Below are positions 1 through 11,855 of a stretch of 64,000 nucleotides of DNA, in pieces (position 1 is the stretch's first letter; each line of letters starts with the position of its first letter). The notes under the pieces were generated by a model, which saw only the letters and a list, made by a program, of their open reading frames with translations, was not told the origin of the DNA and made no database searches. Source of the DNA: Phoronis australis (lineage: Eukaryota > Animalia > Phoronida); the NCBI GenBank assembly GCA_002633005.1, contig NMRA01000585.1, forward strand, positions 92,164 through 156,163. Direction: 5' to 3'. A program made the translations under genes and the position numbers.

Positions 1-269
1 GACCAAAGTTTGAAATATGCATCTTTGTGCTGCTACATACCTGTCTTAGTTTCTCCTTATCAGTAACTGAAGCACAAACACATTTTTGGTTTTCGTAATA
101 AACCCTCTCTTTATATTCTGTGGCACATTTCAATTTTTCTTGACAGTGACTCACCACTTGGGAATATCATTTTGCTAGGAAGATTCTTGAACCACCCCTT
201 ACTGAATTTAGATTAAAATGAGTGGATAAACTATTTCATCTTTGATGTTTCGTGGTGATTTGTTTTCAG

Positions 270-936
270 GAGAAGACCGTCAAGTGTCCCCACTGTAAAT
301 ATACGTGTGCCAATGAGAACCCTGATCTCAAGTTGCACATCCAGCGTAAGCACCAGCCTCGTCCAACTGCAGCCTCTGAGGGCATCAACTGCCAACTGTG
401 TGACTTTGTTGCTGCCTCTAAGAAGGACTTGCGTCAACACCTCAAGTTCCATCGTCGCGGGCCCGAGGTGAAGCTCTACTGCGAGCTGTGCTCATTCGTC
501 ACCGACTGCAAGAGTCGACTGAAACGCCATGTTTACACGCATACTCAGGAGAAGCCATTCTCATGCAGCATGTGCTCGTACACTGCGACGCAGAAGGAAC
601 ATATTATGCGACATATGAGGAGTAAGCACAAGGTGGACCTTCCCCAGGGCATGAGGCGGCCACGACGGGTGGACCTGGAGTCGGCAGAATTATTCGTCAG
701 CAACGACCACGCCAAGATTTTTGCGTGCAACTTTTGCACGATGAAGTTTGAGAAGGTGCTTAACCTGTACAAACACCTGCATCAACAGCACGCTGATGCC
801 ATGCCACAGAGTAGGGCGGACATCTTCTCGTGCGTGGTGTGCGACTACGCAACGAATCGTAAGAATAACTTGCTGGTTCACATGAGGAAACACAACTTGC
901 CTTCCCCTGATGATGATGATCGTGGCTACCCAGCAG
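270..936 (+). CDS. C2H2 zinc-finger protein, internal coding exon with 6 fingers (the gene starts upstream of the window)
   Basis: Acceptor tgttttcag|GAG at 269/270 and donor CAG|gtctgt at 936/937 (phase 1). The translation has six CxxC...HxxxH fingers, e.g. CELCSFVTDCKSRLKRHVYTH-TQEKPFS-CSMC, with a TGEKP-like linker. Confidence 0.93.
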
Positions 937-1321
937 GTCTGTTATTTCAAGAACTGTCTTGCTGTAATCATTACTCTGCACAAAATGACTTCAAGTTGAT
1001 ACCAATAGCCCATATTTTGTTTGGATTAGACTATGTATTTTTTTCAGTTTACAAAAATTTTAAGTATGCTTTGATTTTTGTAGATTAACTAATTAAACAT
1101 AATTGTATAGCTGTAATTTAACACTATGTCTTGTTGCTCTACAAGCCAGGAAAGGGCTGAGATTTCATACTGGGTGCGTGTTATCCAGTTTGTCATCTTC
1201 ACATTAATTACATGATCTTGAAAGATTAGGCTTCTGAGCATTCAAAATTTACTCAGCCAAGTTTTGGTAGGATGGTTATGCTTTCTTTGACTTAACTAAA
1301 GCTTTCTACATTCTACATCAG

Positions 1322-1542
1322 GTCAAGTGTACTCGTGTGTGCTGTGTAACTATGTGAATCCTAAGCGGAGAAACCTGTATATGCATATGAAGAAGAAGCA
1401 TAAAATCTCCATCATGGTGCGTAGAGATGGCTCAGCCAATTGCATTGTAGAGGAGAATTCTGCTGTTACGATTGTAACAAAGGATAAGGAAGAGGTAGAA
1501 GAGGTGTCAAACATCAGTGATCCGGCACCTCACATTCAACAG
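1322..1542 (+). CDS. C2H2 zinc-finger protein exon (last finger CVLCNYVNPKRRNLYMHMKKKH plus acidic linker)
   Basis: The ctacatcag|GT acceptor continues phase 1 (G-Q-V-Y-S-C). The donor CAG|gtaaac at 1542/1543 is phase 0. Confidence 0.9.
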
Positions 1543-1844
1543 GTAAACCTTTCCTTTCTGACAGATAAAAGTTGCCAAGAATTCTTGTACCTCTATGGTA
1601 TGTATGTTATGTGACGGAAAATTATTAATTATAGTACTCTTTACATTGAGCCAAAACTAAAAACACTGTTACATTGGGCATTTGCTGGGTGTGTGGTCAA
1701 GGTACATTTTGTTCCTCTTTCTTGTGTGCATTTTTGTCAACTGTAAACAAAATCATTGCCTGGCCACATTACTTTTTGGATGTAAATGCTTTTTGATAGT
1801 GTGATCTGTCTGGAGGTCTCAGTGAACTCTGACCTCTGTTACAG

Positions 1845-1937
1845 GTGTCAGCAGTGGTAACTGACAATGATGGCGACACAAGATATGTTGACATCACAGA
1901 GCTGACTAGTTCTCTGACTACAAGGAAAGACATCAAT
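1845..1937 (+). CDS. Zinc-finger gene exon (VSAVVTDNDGDTRYVDITELTSSLTTRKDIN)
   Basis: ctctgttacag| acceptor and AAT|gtaaga donor; 93 nt, open, phase 0 to 0, which fits both neighbours. Confidence 0.8.
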
Positions 1938-2534
1938 GTAAGATTTTGGAGCAGGGTTGGCAGGGGCACTCCTTTTTGCAAAGGCTTGCGGATAGACATG
2001 GTTGCCTGTTGAGTGGAAATTCTACACCTTCCTACACATTACTATAAAAACATTTTGGTGTAGTAACTTCTAGAAAGAACCTTGACAGGTGCTCTTGATT
2101 TTTCAATCACTCAATACACTTGTTGCAGTTTCTTTCTCAGTTTGGAGTGAAGCACTTGAAATGTTTGGCACTAGCCATCTGACTGAATGCTTGTCAGCAT
2201 TCTGTTATGATACACCCCAGAATTCTTTAATTATAAGAAATACCATAGATTGCCTTATAATAAGCATAATACGCAAGATTTTTTAGACATGCACCAGCCA
2301 CTCAAAAGGATGCCAAGTGATTGGTGAATGTTCCACATCTTTCTGTTGTGAACTTAACATGCTGCGTTAAACAATAAAATACACTACTCATTCCTGAGGC
2401 CAGACATTGAGCTGTTCAATGTTACCTCCATGTGTGTATTCCTGTTGTCTTAACTATCATCTGGGGGAGGTCATTTCATGCCAAGTCAAACCAATTGTCC
2501 TTGGCCCAGTGTAACATGCTTCAACTTCCTGCAG

Positions 2535-2640
2535 GCTCCACCAGCTGTCGCTGCTGAAGTACAAGTCCAGCACGATGCGGCGGACGCCATTGAAGGACTG
2601 CAGGCCCTCTCTGAGTACAAAGGAGCCATTGTCCCTACAG
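2535..2640 (+). CDS. Zinc-finger gene exon (APPAVAAEVQVQHDAADAIEGLQALSEYKGAIVPT)
   Basis: cttcctgcag| acceptor and ACAG|gttggt donor; phase 0 to 1; GC-richer, coding-like sequence. Confidence 0.82.
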
Positions 2641-3609
2641 GTTGGTCGATAATTTGTAGTTCGACTAAAAGGTTTCAAGAGTGAGGAAATTAGTGAATTT
2701 CACAAGTTGCTCGATGTACCTTGTTAAAGTTTGGCGAAAATGCCTGTTGAGCAGTGAGGTTCTGGAACATGTCCACTGCAGCCAACAGGAAGCACTATTT
2801 GCTGATATGTTACAGATGTTCTAAAGAAGGTCACTGTGAGTTGCCTCTCTTGCTGAACTGGACTTTTGCTGCGAGTGATTGCTCCATGTGACTATTTCCA
2901 TTCTAAACCCCTGGTTGCCACTTGGCATATGTACATTTCGTAATCAAACTGTTAAAAATTGCAGCTTTTCTACAACTTCATGAACAGGTCAAACAGAAGT
3001 GAAGGTGTCTGCTAAAATAGTGCAAATCAATAATCATATGGTGTTTTCTACCTTCTTGTTCTTAATCGGTGGCTGTTTTGGCTTTACAGATTAAACTGAA
3101 ATGCAAGAATTTCAGCAAACTTCTTTTAGATATTTAAAAGCTTTAACTTCGTGGAGTAAGATCAAGGCATTCATTGCTCATTTCAAAATTTATGTACGGA
3201 AGTAACCTCTGTTTAGATTGAAGTCGATGTTCAGTTTATTTTGAGACTTACCATATTACTGTTTTGTGGTAATTACTGAATTTTTTGTTCCAAGTGTAGG
3301 TGTTCAGTTATATTGGCAACCCAGATGGAATGTCTGCTGTTGGACATCCAGTGGTATGCTTTCTATGTGCCCACAAAAATGGTGTCGCATAGTCGGCATA
3401 CCATCTGTCATTTTCTTTGCTTGTCCGTTGATTATCTTGAAATCCACAACACGGATCATGATGACATTCAACGCAGAGTTATTTGTCGGCATTAGTTAAT
3501 TTTTGGACAACTTGACACTGTAATAACTGATGAGATTGATGCAAATCCCTTCTTAGACAAAGCCAACTGCCTTAGCACCCCCTGGTGGCAATTTTATTTT
3601 TTTTCTTAA

Positions 3610-5322
3610 AGGAGAATGTCACCCCCAAAAAAACTATTTTGTATCAATTTAGATCAAGTAGTTGTACTCAATAACGGCACGTTCGATTGCGTTACCTGAC
3701 ACCTGACGGCAGACGGAGGTGTTGAAATTATCCAATGACGTAATTGGTTTCACACTCAGTCTGTTCAGCAGTTCACAACACGGGTTTGCGGTGTTAACTT
3801 ATCGCTTGAATTCATCGTTTAGCACCAATAAATCATCAAACTTTGATGATAAACCCTTAAAAATACGCTGAGTTCTTTTAAAAATGTGTTGTTTTATTTC
3901 AATGTTACGGATTTACTGGTGTTTGGACACACCGTAGCCTACAAAGTTTGGCAAGCCAATTTACCAAGGTACGTAGCAGGAGTTTGGGGTCTGTTCGGAG
4001 ATAAATTCGAAGTATTCTTTCATGAAATGCAGACAGGAGAACCTAGATCTGTGTTGTTTATACTTGTGATTTTTTGAGTTCTAAACACACAAAACGCTTA
4101 TCCCTGCCACTCCATGTAGTGGCTCGGAACGATATCTGGCAAGTCGCGCCAGCCGGACTGACTCTTTATCCCAGCCAGTGGCTCGGAACCTGATCAGGCC
4201 GCCGGGACTGGCACGAACATAAACCAGCTTGAGTTAGAAACTGAACCTTCAGTCACTAGACTATAATAATGAGCCAAAGAAATAATGTGCACGTAATTAT
4301 TCATGTGAATTAGCCACGAAACTGAAAATCAATCTACTTACTTGTTGGGGGCTGCGAAGTCGGGTGCCTCTTCCACAGACCGTCAGGGCAAAGGTTGTAC
4401 AGCAACAATGATTTGAATAATGTATTTGTAATTCTAAATAAAGATTCCCCTAACATGTGACAATAGCATATAAAATCGAGTAATTGTTTCACAACAGCTT
4501 TCTGTCAGCAAACACTGAATGCATTCACTCACACGGCCTCGGTGCCCAGCCAATGACCTTTGTTGCCGGCATCTAAAGCCGGTAACGCAGTGGTTTATTC
4601 ATTGCTGGCTTCTCAAAACATTTGCACTCATACTCCAATTCATTATACATTGTATCTAATGAGACAGACTTTGTTTCAGTTTGATATAAGCATTGGTTAG
4701 GATCATTTTAGGATAAGAATAATTCATTTTGAAACAGAACGCAGAATAATAAACGTCTACATGGCAACTCGCCCGGCGCCAATCCCGTCAAGAGCTTATC
4801 TGACGAAGACTTCACGGGTCGAATCGTGAGGTTTCACAGGCTATCAGTTTGAACCGGAATACACTGATCGTGAAATACTAGAGAGGCGCTGTGAACACGC
4901 ATAGGCAATGTATGGATAGTTCTTTGGTAAGCCGGAATTCGTCAGAGAAATCACTGTCGATGAAATGCCGGCCACAGACAAGGAGATGTTTCACGACCTC
5001 ATACTTGCTATTAACAGCATACCTTTCATTCTTCACTACCGTGAGCCACTTCCTAAGCATTTCGGGCTCTTGAGGAAGTCGAAAAAACGATATACCCGCT
5101 TTCTTCGCAGCTTCATAGTTCGGACAAGCGTGAACCGATGCACCGCAATATAGTGACATTCACTCTGCAGACGAACCACTGACGTCGCTGCATCGCTTCT
5201 AACCTTCCTCACAGGTTAACGCGACACCTCTCGGCAAGGTGAGGTCGACCGTATAAGAGGGGATGTGGATATAGACCGATTAAGATGGTAAAAAAACTAA
5301 TTAAATCGGGTGGCATTCTCCT
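3610..5322. mobile_element. Kolobok-like non-autonomous DNA transposon (copy 1), in a zinc-finger gene intron
   Basis: TTAA on both sides (3606-3609, 5323-5326). The 15-bp TIRs AGGAGAATGTCACCC / GGGTGGCATTCTCCT match at 14/15, and there is an internal THAP-domain ORF. TTAA TSD, RR...YY termini and THAP together fit Kolobok. Confidence 0.82.
4878..5159 (-). pseudogene. THAP zinc-finger N-terminus of a truncated transposase
   Basis: MSLYCGASVHAC...FFRLPQEPEMLRKW...LLVCGRHFIDSDF has the THAP C..C / P / W / CxxHF signature. No catalytic domain follows. Confidence 0.85.
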
Positions 5323-6350
5323 TTAATTGGTCTGATGACATAATGGCATCTTAGATTTTTTGAAAAATTGAGATTAGGGTTGATGGCCAATTGGTTTTTT
5401 GGACAGATTTGACTATCCCTGCACCCCTTGTGGACTGATATAGATTTTAACAAAATGCTGCTTGCCTGTCAGTTCTTGTCTAAACCGTTTGACTGATTTT
5501 GAGGAAACTTGACACAGATATATGACAACGCTGCACCAGCACTAGTCAATTTTGTGCAGGCTTAACTACAGTGTGACGCCTTGTTGGCCATTTTAGTTTT
5601 TGAATAGATACTGCTTGTCTGTTGCTTGTTGTAAAAACAAAATGAGATTTTGATGAAACTTGATATTAGATTTTATGGCTGGGATGTGCTGCATCAGGTA
5701 ATTAATTGTACAAATTGGGCAGCTGTAGCACCCCCTTGTTCTTGATACAAGCTATTCGGTGTCTGTTGATTGTTATCAAATTGGCTCAACTCATTTTTGA
5801 TGAACCTTGACAGAGGTGTAAGGCTGGACTGCATCATCATCAGTCAATTTTCAACTTTGATATCTTAGTGTGGCTAAATTCGTTGGAGTCTTACTGTTTG
5901 CTGTGCAGTCATGGCTGCTTTTGTTTTCGGTCTTATAATTTCATGTTTTTATGCACATTTATAATGGAATTCAGTGTATGTTGTTGAATATATCGTAGTG
6001 GTTAATTAATTTGCTTTCTCCATACACATCCGTAAATTCTTGTAAACAAGACACAAGGTTATTTCCCCGTTTCATAATTCTAGATTGTCACATTGATGTG
6101 TGCAAATTATTTTACATCCATTGTAATTCTCCAGTTCTTAACAACTATAAACATTAAAAAATTCTGCTTCATTCATAACATGTGCATCTATCGTAAAACA
6201 TTTCATTCATGTTATTGACCTAGCTTGTCTAATCTTAGAAATTTTGAAAAATGAGGATTTTGACAATGCCTTTGCGCAAGATAACTGATAAATAATTCCT
6301 ATGTTGTGTATTGTGACAACTGTGCAGAAAACTTGCAATATGTTTTCCAG

Positions 6351-6523
6351 AGGTAACCACCGAGCCGGTGGCAACGGTTACCCCGGTGATAACCTCGGAG
6401 GAGTCGGCAGCTCGACCGGGCAACTTTCAGCTGTCTCAGGAGCAACTTACTCACCTGTCCTCGGGAGACTATGTCGAAATTAACGGTGAAATGTACAAGG
6501 TGGAGTTCTCTGAGAACACGTGA
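6351..6523 (+). CDS. Zinc-finger gene terminal coding exon (EVTTEPV...LSSGDYVEINGEMYKVEFSENT*)
   Basis: The tgttttccag| acceptor in phase 1 joins in frame to the donor at 2640; the frame is open to TGA at 6521-6523. This frame is not in the ORF track. Confidence 0.8.
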
Positions 6524-7994
6524 TGGAAAGAAGGTCCTGTAGAAGTCCTGGAGGTATAAAATGGGGCAAAAAATTCACCTGATGAAAATGCAAATTAATG
6601 TGTGCATACCTGGCTGCTGAAAATTGTTTAATTTGGAAATGTAGGTAATTGGTCACTAGAAAAGTACGTTTATTCTTGCAAAGAGTTGTTCTTGATTTAG
6701 TTTCACTTACAAAATTGCATGTAGACAAAAGCCTAAACAAGTTGCACGTACGTGATGTGTTGACGTAGTAAAGATAGTCACTTCACTTGCTGAGGTGTTT
6801 TGTGCAATTTATTGTTCTGCGGTCGCTGATGGAGACCAAGTATAAAGACATTTGCTAAGGTTGTGAACATTGCTTTATGCTTATCGTAGGTTACTTTAGG
6901 TAAGATGCCAGTGATGTGAGTAGGTTTAAATTTATTGACTGTAAACTTGTTCTATGGAGTGAGTCATATTTAGATTGCAGTTTTACGCTCAGCTTATGTT
7001 TAGACGTATTCCAGTAGGTACTAGCCGATTCCAATGTCATCTTACACTGGATTCTTAGTAAAAATGACTTCAAGTTACTACCAGTAAGTAACCAACATGG
7101 GCCTTCTCAGCAAAGTCACAGAATGATAAGACTTGGCAAAATCAACTTTTCATACCACGTTGATAGCACTTAGCAAAGCCTTTTTAAATGCTAAAGTTGC
7201 AATGGGCTAGTCAACTTAGTACACCTTTGAAATGAGGTTATGTTTTGTTGAATATGTTCCATCTATGCTTACCTGCCCAAATTGATTGTCTATTCAAGGA
7301 GCGGCAGTCTGATCTTTATCATTCACTACATTAGTTTATACAATAACTGTCCAATGCTCATGACAGTAACAGGGTAATAATTTGTTGGTAAGGCTTTAAA
7401 AACGTAGTTGGTTCTGGTCTTTTTTTGAAAAGCGAGTCGGTGATGCAGTATTTTTAGTTTTAAAAGAAAATTACCTGGGATGAGCAAAAAGTAAGCCAGA
7501 TTTTTTGTTGCTTGACAAATCGTGGCATTTTAAACCTTGCTCACATACAAACCTTGGCTGAAATTGATTTGCGCAGATGTTCTTTTGTTTTCTCTGCATC
7601 ACAACCAATGGCAAAAACTATCTGGTGCATGCAGTGTCGTGTACACAATGTGCTTACAACTGTTACGGCTGGGTGTACAAGCTTCGGGCGGCTTTTATGT
7701 ATTGGCATTTTTGGTTAGTCTTTCACAAATAAATGTTAGACATGTTGGAGTGGACAAATTTTGGGAGTAGTTCAAATAATAGGGAATTTCCATCAGTTGA
7801 TTATATGCTCCGGTATCTAGGTCACATCATTGACCAAAAGGATTGTCAGTACTTGTCAAAATTTGCCGTCAGCTTCACGAAACATGTAGCCATAGTTCCT
7901 CAATGTCAAGAGCTTGTGGGATGAATTCCAAGTAATGGTTATTTTGTCACACTGCTATTGGTTGTTGTACTTGGTTTGTAGAATGTGTGTATTA

Positions 7995-8036
7995 TATATA
8001 TACATACATACATACAAACATATATATATGTATATA
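7995..8036. repeat. TA/TACA-rich microsatellite in the probable zinc-finger 3' UTR
   Basis: Run of tatatatatacatacatacatacaaacatatatatatgtatata. Confidence 0.7.
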
Positions 8037-8264
8037 AATTTGTCAATGCAGACAGCTCTGAACATGTTGACTTGTATTCGTTTGGGTATCAAACACTGAA
8101 CAGTGTAGGCACTGGCAGGTTTATTGGACACAGCTCTGGAAGTGACCATTCTTGGAACACGATTGTGTGCAGATTTTTGGAAGAGCATTGTTAAAACTGT
8201 TAAAGTGATTATTTTGTAAATAACTTGTCACATAACAAAAACTTCAGTCGTTATACATTGAGCA

Positions 8265-8304
8265 TTTATTTTCATAAAGTTGAGAATAGACTCTACGATT
8301 TATT
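8265..8304 (-). promoter_or_regulatory. Candidate polyadenylation signals of the RhoGAP gene
   Basis: TTTATT (AATAAA on -) at 8265-8270 and 8299-8304, located where composition switches from T/G-rich to A/C-rich. Confidence 0.55.
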
Positions 8305-9816
8305 CATGATACGATCAAACAATGATTGCAATGAGCTGTTCACACACTAACCAGACACAAGCACAAACACCATTCTCTACTATAAAAATATACACAGAGA
8401 GTGAGTTATGAACACCATTTTAACATTTAACTCCTGCCATGTTTAGAACAATTTCATCCAATGCCTCTGACAAATGGGTGACTCAATATTCACCAGGTGA
8501 TGCAAACTGGCTCTCGTTTATTGATCAGAATTGATTGAGAACAGAAGACTTTCATGGGACAAGAGTGCCACATTACTTCAGTGTGTAAGTTTCTACACGC
8601 AAGACTTGTTTTACACGCATCGCCTAGAGAGATCCTCATTATACTAAAAAGTCAGAAGCACTTGTCTGATACAGGAACCAAAGCTATTAGCAGCTTGACA
8701 ACAAGATCTCTTGTACACCTGAAAATGCATCCAATTAAACCCTCGTACTGATATATTGCCACTTGATAAATCAAGTGGATTAACAACAACAACGGTTGTT
8801 TATGTCAGTTTCTGACTAGATCAGAATATACCAAGTAACTCTACCAAGCAATTATTAAACCTTGTTGGAGCGAAAGCGAAATGATTCCGAAAGGTACATA
8901 GTCTGGTAGATTTGGAATATGAAAACTGAATACCTTACTGCGCAATGTATTTGAAACAAAATAACCACGACAAAAAGAAACTTTCATCAAAATCTCGTCT
9001 GGAATGTTAGAAGTCCAACATTCCTACGGAAACCCAACAATAAGGGTAGGGATTGACAATCACCTCAAATAGGTCTCAGCACCAAGAAAGTGCCCTTGCA
9101 ACTCCCGATAACCCAGAGTATATGACAAGAAACCACCAATAACTAATCGAACCCTTTGTACAAAATGACAACACTACAGCAGAGAGAATAATTATGAGGT
9201 TTTTGCAAAATTACATGTGCATGTTCGAGTAGACGGGAATGTCTCTTCAAGTGTAGCAAACTACGTCAACAAAGGTGATTTTATGATCATATTCATAAAA
9301 CCACCATAGGACATTGAAATACTTTCAACACAGACAAAGTAGAGAATCCAAGTTAAATACAATTCTAAACGGGACCCAATACAACATATGGTTACTAAAA
9401 ACTAGCAACCAATAGCTTACGTCCACCTGTTTTAAACTGAAATTGACATACAAAACTTGGAACAGCAACAGCACAAGTAAAAACCGAATATCTGAAAATT
9501 TGCAAACACCAAATCGTGATATTTGTCAAGGTTTCGACAGAACAGGCTATTGATTGTTCTTGGCAGAACGTATTGACAATTTGCATTTAAGTCTAATTCA
9601 AACCACCTTCAGCATAAGTATAAATGAAGTCAATTGTCATGTCCAACAAGAACATCACGATGTCTGCAGATTTTCACCAGCATAAAGTCTGCATCATTCA
9701 ATGCAAAACACAAGAGCAAAATATACATATCATCGTGACAGAAACCCAAATCAACATTATAATCTTCATGACAAACCACTATGAAGCAATCCCAGACACT
9801 TTCACATACAAAAAGA

Positions 9817-9925
9817 GGTAATAGTCGAATATAACGTGCCCGCATTTTGAGAACCAGTTTTCTCCACTGAAAACAGGCATCAAACTGGTCTCAATGTGAG
9901 GGCACGTTATATCTTGACTATTGCC
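9817..9925. mobile_element. Short palindromic MITE, Merlin-like, in the probable RhoGAP 3' UTR
   Basis: Inverted ends GGTAATAGTCGAATATAACGTGCCC / GGGCACGTTATATCTTGACTATTGCC and an 8-bp flank CAAAAAGA / TAAAAAGA. A related copy is at 58038-58150. Confidence 0.65.
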
Positions 9926-11855
9926 TAAAAAGAAGCAGTCATTTACGTCAATCAGGTAAAAACACATGTGCCCAGGAACAAAGATTCTTAAATTACAACA
10001 GTTTGAACGTCAAGCAACAGTATAAGAACAAATAATTACGATATAAATTTGTTTATAAACACAAGGTGTTATCATAAAAACAAAATTAAAATGTGACAAT
10101 AAATTAACACACTGACTTCATATCATAATTCAGATGCCTGGAGTAACTTGGGAGAAGAGAAAGTGAAGTATTTCTTCACGAGACAAGTGAGTTTTAGCAA
10201 ACTTCCACAAAGATGTGCATGAAAACAAGATGAGCTCCATCATTAAAGGCACCCAGGTAAAACCACTTGAGCAGATCAAATGTTCACCGGCTGACCCTCC
10301 CTGCTATATGTCCAAGCCAGTTCCTATGAAGTATTCATGCACAGGAGCAAGACTACCTCACGACTTGATGTATTTGTATGAACTGAGAACAAGTGATTGA
10401 GTTACGAACCGAGGACAAATCAAATTGACCATGGCTAGAAATACCAATTATTTATTGATGCCACCCACACGTGGGGCATGTTCACTAATGCTGGTCAAAC
10501 GCCACACCTTTCGTCAAGAAATCTTAGCCTGGGCAACAGATACAGTGAAATAGCGTGATTTTCTCACATAAACTAATGGGATGCCACTGCTCAATTATTT
10601 ATCGTGGCAGACATTTTATTAGCATGTGCTAGTAAGATCATGAGGTCAATCGCGGAGCCATAACAAGATCTTGCTTTTCATGAACGTGACCTTGCGTAAT
10701 CTTGCCAATCTGGCAAGATACCAGCCTTAGAGAATGGAGAAGAGAACACAATCCAATGACTGGCTTCAGTATCACAGATCACCTACAAGTTGCAGTATTC
10801 TAGGCTCAGTTTTTAACCCGATCATGGTGTTTACTGGCTGGCCCTTAATTTTTGCTAAAAAGTGGCCAATGAATTGTTTCTCCATTCTTTCAAGCCACGA
10901 AAACTACAGCAGCAACTGCCTATGATAAAACCTGTCATCGGTTTGTCAGTGTTCCTATAACACCAAAAAACAAGGTGTGAAGCTAAACATAACTTACTAT
11001 TAATAACAAAATATGTTGAAGTTCAGCACAAAGTGAACCATGTCGTGACCTTTCATGGTTGCAGTCTTTATATGTACGTGCCACTTCATCCAACATCGCA
11101 AGAGATTTGCTGATTGAAAATTACTACAAAACAGTTCTTTGTTAAAGCATCTATCACACGAAGCTGTAGAGCCTCTGTGTCACAAAACGTCAGCTCTGAA
11201 GTATTTGACGTTTTCCTAGGACCAGGACCAAAGTATTCTGTTAAAAGTTCTGCATTCATTTGGTCTTACAACAACATAACTAAAGAGTTGAAAAGGAGTA
11301 ACATTACACTTATTACAGGATAATATGTGAAAAATATGAAGAGAAAGTGCTTTAAGCACGTCTTATTGAGTGATTTATATCTTTTAACTTAAAGAAGAGT
11401 AGGACGCATAATGCATAATCCAGACATTATACTGTATGAACATGCAATGCTACTGTATTTTTGTACTTTCCGGAAAATGAGATCAGAGACACTGCTAAAC
11501 TGTTACTGTCAGGCTACTGAGGAAATAAAAAATAGCACCAACCAAACAGCTGTAAATATGAATTTTAATTAAAATGCAACAGATCGCGCTGAAAAACCAA
11601 CTATAACTGATCCAGCATCAACCAGGCAGATGAAGTATCTCTGGGTTGGAACCATCTCTTTGCAGACAAACACTGTAAAACCAAAGAATATAACATGCCC
11701 GCTTGGGGACTTTAAGATATCTTAGGACAAACATGGCAATCAGGTCTAAACAAGCAAAACACACACACATATTCCCTTACCAAAACGATGGCCAGAAGAA
11801 AATTAAAATTAAACCAAAAATTGATTTTGTATCCTAGTCGATCTATAGCTAATCT

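Noticed and set aside
937-1088. Hydrophobic C-terminus of the 278-aa ORF, suggesting a membrane-anchored zinc finger
   Set aside because: It is read-through into the intron after the donor at 936.
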